Shown here: piece by piece, positions 1 through 12,814 of the stretch
How positions within the stretch are numbered: position 1 is the first letter of the stretch
Layout of the letters: every line of letters begins with the position of its first letter
Source of the DNA: Mobula hypostoma
Lineage: Eukaryota
Assembly (NCBI RefSeq): GCF_963921235.1
Contig: NC_086108.1
Span: 87,732,001 to 87,796,000 of the forward strand
DNA length: 64,000 nucleotides
Direction: 5' to 3'
Position numbers and translations under genes: made by a program
Notes under the pieces: model-generated
The model's database searches: none
Told to the model about the DNA's origin: nothing
What the model saw: the letters and a program-made list of their open reading frames with translations, nothing else

Positions 1-282
1 GGGCAAAGTGTGTAAACTACTGGGGAAACTAGACCAGGGACAGAACAAGGAGGAGTGACTAACCGGGCAAAAGAGGCGAAGTTAGCGGGAGAATTAGCAT
101 TGTCACATAAATATTTAATAAAATCATTCGGTTTGTGCATCAAGACTATAAAGTTAATACTCTAATCTGTTTGAGAACTAATAGTTACCTTATGCAATTT
201 GCTTCGCTCATATCATAAGAGGGATTTCTGCACCAAATTTCATAAAACTCACCATCTGGAAATTTACTTATTGGAATGTTAC

Positions 283-377
283 CTGTCTTTGGTTGAATTA
301 GAATGAGGAGGGAAAATGATGTACTGGATTAGGCATGTGTGGAGCTCATCGTTATCATCTTCGCATCTTGAACTGCC
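283..377 (-). CDS. SZT2: SZT2 coding exon 18 (GSSRCEDDNDELHTCLIQYIIFPPHSNSTKD)
   Basis: CAG acceptor and GTAAC donor; HTC..QYI.FPPHS.STKD motif; 95 nt, phase consistent. Confidence 0.88.
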
Positions 378-707
378 CTGTATCCAAACAAGTTGCATAA
401 TTCAATATTTCCAAAAGTAACCTCAAAATGCCTTAAGCAACTTTATGCAACGATGCTGTACATTTAATTAACAATATAATGTCCTAACATTATATTTCAG
501 GATTAATTTTCAAGTAAGCATAGGCTTTCTGTAAATCTGCAACCAGTTCACCATATTAAAAAATTAACAGTAAAGATATCTACAAATATGTAGATATCTC
601 CTCACGAGGAGACCAGTTCCTTTATAATACAAGAATTATTCTCTCTGATCAGAAAGCACAGTCACCTGGGCTTAGGTACTTCACTCTATGGCATTCTTAA
701 TCCTTAC

Positions 708-786
708 CTTCATAGGTAATTCAATCACCATGGTGACAATACCATCTCCAGTAGCAGCAAAATGGAACCCTTCAGACAAACGAATT
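708..786 (-). CDS. SZT2: SZT2 coding exon 17 ([26 protein letters not shown])
   Basis: TAG acceptor and GTAAG donor; RLSEGFHFA motif; 79 nt. Confidence 0.92.
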
Positions 787-904
787 CTACATTATGAAAT
801 AGGGAAGAAAGGACAGTTACTGATTAGAGATTGACCTGTGTTTACTGAGCAGGTCAGACAGTTCTCCATGGAGTGAGAAACAAGAGGTAAGGTCAGTGAC
901 TCGA

Positions 905-1010
905 AAGGCTAACCATTTCTTTCTCCATAAAATACTGTCTAACCTGCTGATTACATCCAGCATTTTTTTGTTTTTATTTCATGTTTCTAGCACCCAGCAT
1001 TTTGTTTTTA
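905..1010. repeat. Degraded Penelope-derived terminal-repeat fragment
   Basis: Resembles the 'tccatagatgctgcctgacctgctgag...ccagcattttg' arm seen at 28200-28260 and 57060-57110. Confidence 0.45.
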
Positions 1011-1719
1011 TTTTTTCCTTCACATTGTTGTGATGAGAAGTATAAAAATCCGATCTATCAACTTTTGCCTCCATAATTAATATTTTTTTCCTCACCAGGT
1101 TTTTTAAAATTTATTTTTTGCACAACAAATCAGTTAGGCATTTCAACTGGTCAGCATTGCTTCTGGAAGCATCTGATGAAACATATAAAGCAATAGTTGG
1201 GAAAGCTCCTTATCTGCCTGCTTCTGTAAACATTGACTCAGTCTCACAGATCTCTGGTGCTGCAAATTTTATCAGATATTATAAATAAACTTTCCTTTCA
1301 TTGCAGAAAATATCTTTCAGGAATATAGGCAAGACAAACATTAGCCCAATTTTCCCAGAGAAATGCCAGTAATTCTACATAGAGCTGCTGGCATTCCTCC
1401 ACTTATCAGGAAGTTCAAGAGTTTTACAGGTTCCAAGTTTCCCAACAGGACCTTCCTGCTGTTAAACTGAGTCTGCACTGTTGAACACCATCTGAAAATT
1501 TCCAGTAATTGCAATGGAAAATCTCTCTCGCTGTACCGCAACAATAGGAGTTTAATGATGCTTTTCATTTCAATACAGGATTAGCTGTGAGGAAGAACTT
1601 AACTTTTCAATAACTTACATTTCTTTAATCAATTGAGTTATTTTAAAATTATTTATTTAATTGCCGTAATGTTTGAATTATTTTACATAATTATTTTAAT
1701 ATGGCTTGGAGTTAAACTT

Positions 1720-2605
1720 AGAAACCTCGAAAACCTACACCACAATAAAGGGCCTTCAGCCCACAAAGCTGTGCTGAACATGTCCTCACCTTAGAACTAC
1801 CTAGGCTTACCCATAGCCCTCTTATTTTTCTAAGCTCCATGTACCTATCCAGGACTCTCTTAAAAGACCCTATCGTTTCCGCCTCTACCACCGCCGTCGG
1901 CAGCCCATTCCACGCACTCACCACTCTCTGCATAAAAAACTTACCTTGACATCTCCTCTGTACCTACTTCCAAGCACCTTAAAACTATGCCCTCTCATGC
2001 TAGCCATTTCAGCCCTATGGGAAAAGCCTCTGACTATCCACACGATCACTGCCTCTCATTATCTTGTACACCTCTATCAGATCACCTCTCATCCTCTGCC
2101 GCTCCAAGAAGAAAAGGCTGAGTTCACTCAACCTATTCTCGTAAGGCATGCTCCCCAAACCAGGCAAAATCCTTGTAAATCTCCTCTGCACCCTTTCTAT
2201 TGTTTCCACATCCTTCCTGTAGTGAGGCGACCAGAATTGAGCACAGTACTCCAAGTGGGGTCTGACCAGGGTCCTATATAGCTGCAACATTACCTCTCGG
2301 CTCTTAAACTCAATCCCACAGTTGATGAAGGCCAATGCACCGTATGCCTTCTTAACCACAGAATCAACCTGCGCAGCAGCTTTGAGTGTCCCATGGACTT
2401 GGACCCCAAGATCCCTCTGATCCTCCACACTGCCAAGAGTCTTACCATTAATGCTACATTCTGCCATCATATTTGACCTATCAAAATGAACCACCTCACA
2501 CTTATCCGGGTTGAACTCCATCTGCCACTTCTCAGCCCAGTTTTGCATCCTATCAATGTCCTGCTGTAACCTCTGACAGCTCTCCACACTATACACAACA
2601 CCACC
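1720..2605 (-). mobile_element. 5'-truncated CR1-clade LINE (family B) 3' end
   Basis: ORF 2015..2596 with WQMEFNPDKCEVVHF and LVRPHLEYCAQFWSP; near-identical to copies at 22955, 28665 and 40200; AACTTA on both flanks. Confidence 0.9.
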
Positions 2606-3534
2606 AACTTATCAAATATTTTCGGATAGCAGGAAGAGGCTTAATAAAATGTCGAAGTGCCTTTGTGGATGGGGCAGGATCATCTACATGGATCAAGTAG
2701 CTAAGTGACATTCAGCTCCAGGGAACTTGCATCCAGCAAGGAAGGAAGTGGCTAGCGAAGTCAGCTGTCAGGAAATTCCAGGCCATAATTTCACAACCTC
2801 TGAGAAAACTTACTGTTCCTTCAGACCAGAATTAAGCTTTTCGCTGGAGAAAAAGAAACTCCCAATTAAAATAAAAATTCTAAACTTATTTGTAGGTGGT
2901 ATATTACTTGTGCTTTAATACTATGAGGTTTGTGGCCATGATTGCACTGTAGGAAACGATCACAAGCAGACAGTATCTTGTATGTGATCTATTTTCACTT
3001 TCACCCATGATGATTTTTGTTCATTCAATTGCCTTTCTTTTCCTTAATGGGTGTAAATTCCACCTAACTACAAAATTTAATCCTTGTACTTCAGTCTTAC
3101 ACATTCACATCTGCATATTTTAATAAATAATGCACACAACTCATTAAAAAGTCAATTGAGCTCAAACTTACACAAAAAATGTGATTTCTAATATTATAAT
3201 TAGAGTGTAGACACACAACTTTATGCTTAAAGAACTGTGCTTCTGAAACCATAATACATCTTCAAAAATCCACATCTCACTTTATGGAAATCAGTTCGCT
3301 TATCTCATCGAACTAGATGCCAATGGCAAGTTGAAATCCACATCTTTAACATGAAGGAGAAATCATATAATAAGGATGATGTGGAACTGAATAGTGTGCA
3401 GATTCCAGAGAGAACCAAGATTAACCTAAACCTTGGCAAACTAGATTGGGCACAGATATATTAGAAATATTAAATGATGCGCTTATAAATCAGTTGGATG
3501 GTTTAATATGTTTTAATTCAAATAACTGTCTTAC

Positions 3535-3771
3535 TCAGTGAGAGTGGAAAGTATCTGTGTTGCTGAAAGGATGGGTAATGATGGCCCCACAGATGGCTGC
3601 ATAGACCACACCCAACGCTGATGATAGAAGTAACGGGACAGAGAGGCCAATGTGGACGACGCTGTGCGATTGGTTGTCATTGTTGCTGCTCCAGTCATTG
3701 AGGCAGGATGCCCACAGTTGTCCAGGTTCAAGATAAAGGGAGTTCGATAGTCCGATGGAAGCTTCTCGTAC
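3535..3771 (-). CDS. SZT2: SZT2 coding exon 16 (YEKLPSDYRTPFILNLD...SLSRYFYHQRWVWS...LSTLT)
   Basis: Rare GAG acceptor and GTAAG donor; 237 nt; LASLSRY.YHQRW motif. Confidence 0.9.
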   Translation of the reverse strand, partial: VREASIGLSNSLYLEPGQLWASCLNDWSSNNDNQSHSVVHIGLSVPLLLSSALGVVYAAICGAIITHPFSNTDTFHSH

Positions 3772-4099
3772 CTCGAATGTAAACATAAGACAGTGAAGAT
3801 GAAAACAAATCGCAGAATTTTTTTCCTTGACCTCTACAGTTTTCAGGATGGTTTTAGACATCAGGAGAAACAAAAGATTTAGGGTTAGTGTTAAATAATA
3901 ACAAAGCCACTATAATGGCTTGCTCTTGCTTCTCTTCAAAGTAAATTTATTTTCAAAGTACATAAATATCATCATATATAACTCTGAGATTCATTTTCTC
4001 ACAGGCAAGTCTAAGAAACACAATGGAAACAATGGAAGAGTGCGCCCAACAAGACGGACATATGTATGTGTACACTGTGTACATGTGTACATTTGTGGC

Positions 4100-4318
4100 A
4101 TTGTTGTAGGTCATTTCCGTGCCTTGCAGCGCATCAGGCCACAATCTTACCATTACTTTAGTATTTTTCTCTGTGTGTTTTTTTTTATAAGAAGGCTGAG
4201 TTGTCAGCTTAACGCTCAACCCAGCACAATGCAAAGCAAGCAAGGAGCCACCGGATTCAAACCCGGGACCACTTGCCTCGAAGTCCGGTGCAGATGCCAG
4301 TACACCACCAGCTGGCTT
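4100..4318 (-). mobile_element. tRNA-derived SINE
   Basis: Minus strand has A-box-like TGGTGGTGTACTGG and B-box-like GGTTTGAATCC, followed by a non-tRNA body. Confidence 0.55.
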
Positions 4319-4433
4319 ACATTTGTGGCATTGCTACAATATTTTCTTCCTTTCAAATTACAAATGTCAAGGAAATTTGAATTCAAATTAATTTAAACTT
4401 TCACCATGGAAAGAGTTCCACCCCAGCTATATA

Positions 4434-4971
4434 CGCAGTGGCCAGTTTATGAGATACACCTGCTCGTAAATGCAAACATCTAATCATCCAATCATTTAGC
4501 AGCAACTCAATGCATAAAAACATGCAGCTATGGTCAAGAGGTTCATTTGTTGTTCAGACCAAACATCAAAATGGGGAAGAAATGTGATCCAAGTGACTTT
4601 GACTTTGGAATGATTTTTGGTGCCAGAAGGGGTGATTTGAGTATCTCAGAAACTGCTGATCTCCTGGGATTTTCATGTACAACCATCTGTAGAGTTTACA
4701 GAGAATGGTGAGAGAAACCAAAAACATCCAGTGGCAGTTCTTTAGGCAAAAATGTCTCATTAATGAAAGAGGCCAGAGGAGAATCATCAGACTGGTTCAA
4801 GCTAACAGAAAGGTGACAGTACCTCAAATAACCACACATGCAGAAGACCATCTCTAAATGTATAATATGTCAAACCTTGAAATGGATGGGCTACAGCAGT
4901 AGAAGACCACAAACATACAACCATTGACACTTTATTAGGTACAGGAGGCACTTAATAAAGTGGCCACTGTG
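4434..4971 (+). mobile_element. Non-autonomous Tc1-like DNA transposon
   Basis: TA flanks; CAGTGGCCA.TTTAT TIRs; transposase HTH remnant (MGKKCD.SDFD..MI.GARRG.LSISETADLLGFS); second copy at 21677-22222. Confidence 0.85.
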
Positions 4972-5223
4972 TATATTTTTCTGCCTTTTTCAATTAAATT
5001 TCTGACCTTTTTAATTTTATTATGTTACTACATAATTATATACTAGCTCTGGTCCTGCTTAGTTTCTGACATAGGCATGCTATATGTGGATATACTGAGG
5101 TGTGGCCAGCATTACACAGAATCTTTGATTAATCAACGTCATTATGCAGTTATATGAATTCAGGAAAATGCTGGAAAGGGTGTGCTGGAAAGGTCTGCTA
5201 TACAACACATTTTCTACAAATAC

Positions 5224-5429
5224 CTAATGAGTAGCCTTTCCAATGGTTTCTTCAATATCACAACACACGGTCGATCAGAGAGTGCCAGCTGGGTGGTTGG
5301 AAGTGGGGGAGATTTTGAAGGGGAGGCATTTCCCAGCAGTTTTCTCTTTATTTTTGGCGTTGCTTCTTTGCTCTGTACCCGCTGGGGGAATCGCAATGAG
5401 AGTATTTGATCTTGCAGCTCATCTACAAT
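5224..5429 (-). CDS. SZT2: SZT2 coding exon 15 ([26 protein letters not shown]...KPLERLLI)
   Basis: CAG acceptor and GTA donor; 206 nt; LRFP.RVQSKE.TPK motif. Confidence 0.93.
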
Positions 5430-7054
5430 CTGCCAATAGAAACACAGAGAGTATTCAATGTATGGTACATCACATGGAGAACAATTAATGTGGGCAATAT
5501 TCATCATGATAGACATTCAGAATCTATTTCAGGGCTTATAGTGCAAAACTAGAATTTTGTTTTTTCTGGGTAGTGCAATAATTGATTTCTTAACCATTAT
5601 ATAATTGATTAACAAACAGTCCAAGAGTTTCCTATATCTAATGGTAATAAACACCTAGTGTCCTATGGATTATTGCATATTTGATCCTTCATTTCTTAAG
5701 GACGGATAAATAGATGAAAGTACTACCGTTCTTCACTTTAATATTTAATATGGCTCGTATACTTTTGAACATAAAAAGAGAAGCAGACTGAGGCCTCTCT
5801 GCCATTCGACAAAATAATGACTAATTTGATTGTGTACTCAGCTCTGCACTCCCACTTAATTCTGCAATCATTCCAACTCCTTGTTTATCAGAAATTTCAT
5901 CTCTCCTTTAAAAATATTTAAACATCTTCAATGCAGAGTGAAAGCGCTTGTTTTGTATCATCAGGGGTTTTAAATTTCCATTGGTGATTGCTCTTCTGGT
6001 TAGAGCCCAAGGAGCTTCAACAGTCATCATCAAATCCAAGAGTACCCCACTTATTCATCAGCACCTCAGAAGTCAAATCATTAGCCTAACAAAATGTTTC
6101 TACTTTCAGGGGACACACCCCTGCAGGCTGTTCACAAAAATAGCTGCATTGAAGTCTTACAATTTTGCTCCAGTGATTGTCATATACATCGATTTATAAC
6201 TGTTTATTTTCCCCTACCCACAATGATCTGTGGAAAAATTCCTTCACTCAGAAGGCAGCTGCAATCTAGAACACACTGCCTGGCATGGCGGTGAAGGCAG
6301 GTACTCTCACAACATTTAAAAATGTGGATGAAAACTTGAATTGCCATGCTGTTAGAGAGCTACAGATCAAGTGCTGCTAAATGAGATGGTCACCATGCTC
6401 ACGGTGGACTGAAGAACCTGTTCCTGTTCTTTATGTCTCTTCAACTTTAATAGAAGCATGTTGACCATTTCTTGCATAAAATCTTATCTAGCAATCATCT
6501 CATTTCCCTTTGCATTAATTATTTTTTAATTACATTACTTTTTTTGATGGCAGCCACCTAACCCCCTCTTCCCACCCAATCTGCATCCTCCAACCTCCAC
6601 GTCCCCATGATCAATGAGAATTAGCTGTTCATTCAATTTGTCACATTTTTTCACTTTGTTTTGACAGTTTCAGCCTGAAAATGTCAACTATCCCTTTGTC
6701 TCCACAGATACTAGGTGACCTGCTGAGCCCCTCTAGCAATTTGTTCTTTTTTGCTCTAGAGTACAGCATCTTCAATTTCTTGCATTCCCTAACTCAGCTC
6801 CCAGGCACGAAGATGCTCTTTCCTGTTGAAAACAGTTGAGCCGAGCCGCAGCAGGAGTGTTCAAACTATGGCCACAAAACATAATTGATAACACAACTCC
6901 ACTAGCAATTTAACTTTATTTTCTGGCTTGTCCTTGTTGAATTCAAGGATCAAGGGACGTAGAAGAGGTTTTACTTGGTGCATGGATGTTTAATAGAATG
7001 ATTTTAAATGTGCTGCATGAGAATGCAGTCTGGAACTTCTACAATTTGGAAAAA

Positions 7055-7880
7055 TATTGGTAAATGTGAGGTCATCCGCTTTGCAAGGGAAAATGAAAGA
7101 GCAGGTTATTATTTAACTGGTAAAATATTGCAGCATGCTGCAGTGCAGAGGGATTTGGGAGTGCTTGCGCATGAATCACAAAAGGTTGGTTTGCAGGTGC
7201 AGCAGGCTATCCCAGAAGGCAAATGGAATGTTGGCCTTGATTGCTAGAGGGATTGAATTTAAGAGCAGGGAGGTTACGCTGCAACTGTACAGGGTACTGG
7301 TGAGGCTGCACCTGGAGTACTGCATGCAGTTCTGGACTCCTTACTTGAAGAAGGATATACTGTCTTTGCAGGTGGCGCAGAGGAGGTTCACCAGGTTGAT
7401 TCCAGAGATGAGCGGGTTAGACTATGAGGAGAGAATGAGCCGCCTAGGACTACACTTACTGGAATTCAGAAGAATGAGAGGAGATCTTATAGAAACATAT
7501 AAAATCATGAAAGGGATAGATAAGATAGAGGCAGGAAAACTGTTTCTACTGGTAGGTGAGACCTGAACTAGGGGACAGAGCCTCAAGATTCGGGGGAGTA
7601 GATTTAGGATGGAGATAAGGAGGAACTGCTTTTCCCTAGAGAGTGGTGAATCTATGGAATTCTCTGTCCAATGAAGCAGTGGAGGCTACCTCAGTAAATA
7701 TATTTGAGACAAGGTTGGATAGATTTTTGCATAGTAGGGGAATTAAGGGTTATGGGGAAAAGGCAGGTAGGTGGAGATGAAACAATGGCCAAATTAGCCA
7801 TGATCTTATTGAAAGGCGGCACAGGCTCGACGGGCCAGATGGCCTACTCCTGCTCCTATTTCTTATGTTCTTATGTTATG
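7055..7880 (+). mobile_element. 5'-truncated CR1-clade LINE 3' end
   Basis: ORF 7135..7566 (LVRLHLEYCMQFW, RRMRGDLIETYKI); TTCTTATG repeat tail. Confidence 0.88.
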
Positions 7881-8097
7881 TTATTCTGCATTCTGTTATT
7901 TGCCCTTGTACTACTTCAATATACTGATATCATGAAATGAACTCCACTGATGGCAATGTTTGCTGCTGCACCTTCATAGTATGTGGTTATAATAAACAAC
8001 ATACAAGAGAAAATCTGCAGATGCTGGAATAAACCACATTACCAATTAATTTTGGTCATTAAATCAGAATGTAATACACTCCTCCTTAAACACGTAC

Positions 8098-8212
8098 CTT
8101 ATTCCTTGCTTGTGCTTGCATTCCAATAGGAAATCCCAGTCGAAGTACCATGCATGGAGCTTTGGAAATAACCCGAACAAGGTAGAAGGATGAAGGAGGC
8201 TGATCTGTTCCA
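8098..8212 (-). CDS. SZT2: SZT2 coding exon 14 ([38 protein letters not shown])
   Basis: TAG acceptor and GTAC donor; 115 nt. Confidence 0.94.
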
Positions 8213-8289
8213 CTATTAATCAAATGAAAAAGATCATTTTGATTGAGGTAATGCCCTAAGACTGTGAAAAAATTAGATGTGCTCATTTA

Positions 8290-8545
8290 CCGTAAGACAC
8301 AGGAGTAGAATTAGGCCATTTGGTCCATCTGCTCCGCCATTCCATCATCACTGGTGTTTTATTCCTCTCAACCCCATTCTCCTCCCTTCTCCCCATAACC
8401 TGTGACACCCTTACTAATTAAGAACCCATCAACCTCCGCTTTAAATATACCCAATGTCTTGGCTTCCACAGCCATCTGTGGCAATGAATTACACAGATTC
8501 ACTACCCTCCAGCTAAAGAAATTTCTCATTTCTGTTCTAAATGAA
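8290..8545 (-). mobile_element. CR1 LINE 3' fragment
   Basis: RNFFSWRVVNLCNSLPQ...FKAEVDGFL remnant. Confidence 0.75.
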
Positions 8546-9079
8546 GAGAGATGCAACAAAAACCTTGCAGTCAATGTCAGTCGCAGCAAAAACCTTGTAC
8601 TCAATGTCAGTTAAGACCAAAGAATTGATTGTGGACTTCAGGAAGGGTAATGAGGGAACACACATCAGTCCTCATCAAGGGATTAGAAGTAGAAGGCACA
8701 TAACAATCATTCTCCCACTTACAACTCAGATTTCATGTTGAGTTAATTCCCTTTTTTTAAAATTTTATTTCTCTCAGATGGTTCCACAAAAAGTATAAAA
8801 CTTCACAAACAGACTATCTGGGCTTACCGAGTTTCAGTGCCTTATACACTCCTGAACTACAAAAGCCCGGATACCACCTTGTGCTTCAATAGTGCTAAAT
8901 GATTACAGAATCATCTACCTAATCTTAAGTCTTCAGTCTTGGGTGTATTGCCAGTCTTTAATAATTTAGAGAATGCTATTTTTGGTTAGAATACACATTT
9001 GTTTCGTCCAACATGTTCCATGGGTTTTAATCTCTGAAATTTGATAACCAGAAGTTATTAAGTAAAAATGAATGCTTAC

Positions 9080-9232
9080 TTGTAATGGAGTTTAACATAT
9101 GAATATCCTTCTACCAGCACAAAACTACTCCAGTCCCGTAAAAGGGAGGTTAGTGCTGAAAGAGAAATGCGACACTGGATGGTGCTGTAACGGCCATTAC
9201 TCCCAGGAGTATGGATGTGCTTTGGCACTGGG
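9080..9232 (-). CDS. SZT2: SZT2 coding exon 13 ([50 protein letters not shown])
   Basis: CAG acceptor and GTAAG donor; 153 nt; not captured by the ORF track. Confidence 0.95.
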
Positions 9233-9401
9233 CTGAAAATGCATTAAAAAACAAGTTAATAAAGCACGAGAGTAATCCATCAAGAACTTCACTGCATGGT
9301 ATTTTCTTCCTCTGAGATTTAAATTCAAATGAAATCACATTAGCAGTGCAGGAGAAGCACAATTTACTTTCTCTCTAAAAGCCAAATAATTATTAACTTA
9401 C

Positions 9402-9547
9402 ATATCATGTTCCAGCAGTATGCCTATGCGGTGCATGTGAAGCCATCGCTGCCAGAAACTGGCATCCATAGATAATATGGGCTTCCAATAAGAGGCAAAC
9501 TGGGATTGACTAGAGTCTTTGGCACCACTGTGCTGCAGTGACAGTAC
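9402..9547 (-). CDS. SZT2: SZT2 coding exon 12 ([48 protein letters not shown])
   Basis: TAG acceptor and GTAAG donor; 146 nt. Confidence 0.94.
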
Positions 9548-10004
9548 CTAGAAAGATAACGTACTATGATTGTAAACACTTTAGCAATAAAACTTAATAA
9601 TGCAATAATATAGTTTTTATCTACAGGTAATGACCAAATCCCATGCTTCATCAAGTTAATGTTTGATCAATTATCCCCAAAAAAAAGGGCCAGAAACAGC
9701 TGCACTGATTTCAAAGACATCAGAATTCCATTCATGCATCGTTCTTCTGGATAACTGAATAGCTATGGTGAACAGCTGGCTCTTATGCAAAGGACTGAAA
9801 GGCCTTTTACTATGGTCTATGATTTCATAATTATGAAAACTAGAATTCATTTGTTCAAAAAAATGCTGAAATCTCTGCTTTGCAGCACCCAAATGAATAA
9901 TTCCAGAGTTCGTGTTTCTATTACTTCATAGAAATTTTTTATTGTTACAATCAACTTTTGTGTAAAGAATTTTAATTCTCAATTTCCATTTTTGTTATGT
10001 TACC

Positions 10005-10505
10005 AAAGCCTCTTGAAAATTTCAACAAATGTACGATGGAGAGCATTCTAACTGGTTGCATCACAGCCTGATATAGAGGCTCCAATGCACAAGATCGCAA
10101 GAGGCTGTGGAGTGTTACAGCCTCAGCAGCTGCATCACAGACACAAGCCTCCCCAGCATCGCGGACATCTTCAAGTGGCGGTGCCCAAAGAGGATGATAC
10201 CCATCAATAAAGAGCCTCACCATCTGGGATCTGCCCTCTTCACATGATTACCATTGGGAAGGAGGTACGAGAGCCTGAATGTGCACACTCAATAGTTTAA
10301 GAAAATCTTCTTCCCCCTCCACTATCAGATTCCCTTGAATGGCCCATGAACACTAACTATTCAGTATCCTCATTATTCATCTTTTGTGCTGTTTATTTAT
10401 TTTATAATTAACAGCATTTTTTTTTGTCTTGCACAGTAACGCTGCTGCAAAACAACAAATTTCATGGCACATGTCAGTGATCATATGCCATGGTTCTGAT
10501 TCTGA
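10005..10505 (+). mobile_element. Rex1/Babar-like LINE 3' fragment
   Basis: CTMESILTGCITA remnant and TCTGATTCTGA tail; similar copies at 36250 and 51915. Confidence 0.7.
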
Positions 10506-11134
10506 AATCGTATCTGGGTTAGACTTCCATAATCAGGTTAAAATTATTTTACAAATTTAACAGCTATACTGAATACATATCATACACCACCAAAAACAAC
10601 TTGCTGAAACTTTGTCCAAGGGCGATAAATCAATTTTTTTTGTAACTCATAGCTTGACAATAGGAAGTAGTCTCAGCGTTCTACTCTGAACCTCACAACA
10701 GTATAAGAATTCTGCCTCATGACCAACATCAACACACACACACCCAAGGACCAATCTGACCATGGTACTCCACAGGGAAATCGTGATCTACAGTGTAATA
10801 TCTTAGCCACTTTGTTCAATTCTATTGACCACCATGCCACACTGGTTAGATGTGTCAATAGTTGAACATAATGAGATACTCAATTTATTAAATGTTATTC
10901 TTTTCCCTTAATATATCAGGGAAGGTATGTGACTCCTATTGTCCTTTACTTTCAACTACATATTTTCCACAGATAATTTCAATACCATTGCTCTGCCCAC
11001 TTACATATTTTATCCAAAACTGTGCAATTTCCAAGTTTATTCTTAGCTTTGGTATCATATCATGTGAGGAAGCAACTAAATCTTGGCAAAAGCCTTAATA
11101 AGATGTCTTACACATTCCCTGCCAAAGCAACCTA

Positions 11135-12720
11135 GAGAGCTTATAAAAAGTATTCACCCCCCTTGGACGTTTTCATGATTTATTGTTTTACAACATTAAA
11201 TCACGGTGGATTTAATTTGGCTTTTTTGATTCTGATCAACAGAAAATACTCTTTCGTGTCCAAGTGAAAACAAATTTCTACAAATTGATCTAAATTTATT
11301 ACAACTAATAAACACAAAATAATTGATTGCATAATTACTCACCCCCTTCAAGTCAGTATTTAGTAGACTCACCTTTGGCAGCAATTACAGCCTTGAATCT
11401 GTATGGATAGGGTTCTATCAGCTTTGTACATCCGGACACTGCAATTTTTCCTTATTCTTCTTTACAAAACTGCTCAAGTTCTATCAGATTACATGGGGAA
11501 TGCGAGTGAACAGCCATTTTCAAGTCCAGCCACAAAATCTCAATAGAATTAAAATCTGGACTCTGACTTGGCTACTCCAGGACATTAACTTTGTTGGTTT
11601 TAAGCCATTCCTGTGTAGCTTTGGCTTTATGCTTGGGGTCATTGTCCTGCTGGAAAACAAATCTTCTCCCACGTCGCAGTTCTCTTGCGGACTGCATCAG
11701 GTTTTCCTCCAGGATTTCCTTGTATTTTGCTGCATTCATTTTACCCTCTACTTTCACAATCCTTCCAGGGCCTTCTGCAAAGAAGCATCCTCACTACATG
11801 ATGCAGCCACCACACTTCACAGTAGGGATGGTGTGTTTATGCCAAACACAGCCCTTAGTCTAATGGCCAAAAAGCTCAATTTTGGTTTCCCCAGACCATA
11901 GAACCGTCTTCCAGCTGACTTCAGAATCTCCCACATGCCTTCCGGCAAACTCTAGCCGAGATTTCATGTGAGTTTTTTTCAACAATAGCTTTCTCTTTGC
12001 CAGTCTCCAATAAAGCTGTGACTGTGGAAACACCTGGGCAACAGTTGTATGCACAATCTCTCCCCATTTCAGCCACTGAAGTTTGTATAACTCCTCCAGA
12101 GTTGGTGGCCTCCCTCACTAGTCCTCTTCCTGCATGGTCATTCAGTTTTTGAGGATGGCCTGCACTAGGTAAATATACAGCTGTGCTATTTTCTTTCCAT
12201 TTCTTAATGATTGACCTAACTGTACTCCAAGTGATATTCAGCATCTTGGAAACTTTCTTATATCCATCTCCTGATTTGTGCTTTTCAATAACCTTTTCGT
12301 GGTGCTGCTTGGAGTATTCTTTTGTCTTCATGGTGTAGTTTTTGCCAGGATACTGACTCACCAGCAGCCGGATCTTCCAGATACAGGTGTATTTTTACTA
12401 CAATCAATTGAAACACCTTGACTGCACACAGGTGATCTCCATTTAACTAATTATGTGACTTCTAAAACCAAATGGCTGTACCAGTGATGATTTGGTGTGC
12501 CATATGAAAGGAGGTGAATACTTACGCAATCAATTATTTTGTGTCTTATATTTATAATTGATTTAGATCACTTTGTAGGGATCTGTTTTCACTTTGACAC
12601 GAAACAGTCTTTTTTTGTTGATCAGTGTCCAAAAAAAGCCAAATTAAATCCACTGTGAAACAATAAAACATGAAAACTTCTGGGGGGGGGGGGCCGGGTG
12701 AATACTTTTTACAGGCACTA
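11135..12720 (-). mobile_element. Full-length defective Tc1-family transposon with long (~210 bp) IR/DR-type TIRs
   Basis: TA flanks; TIR ...AAAAAGTATTCACCC at both ends; frameshifted transposase (MKTKEYSKQ..GYKKVSKML, WSGETKIELFG, FQQDNDPKH). Confidence 0.92.
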
Positions 12721-12814
12721 TAAATGAACTAAACTCGAAAAACTTAATCCTTACTATTGAACCTATATGCTTTCAGTCGAAACAAAAATCTGATACTGAC
12801 AACACACACAAACG

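Noticed and set aside
1341..1568. 75-aa minus-strand ORF in non-repetitive-looking intron 16 sequence
   Set aside because: No recognisable motif; exons 16 and 17 already join in phase with no missing protein.
3920..4396. 158-aa ORF
   Set aside because: Runs across a LINE tail, a TG-rich tract and a SINE; spurious.
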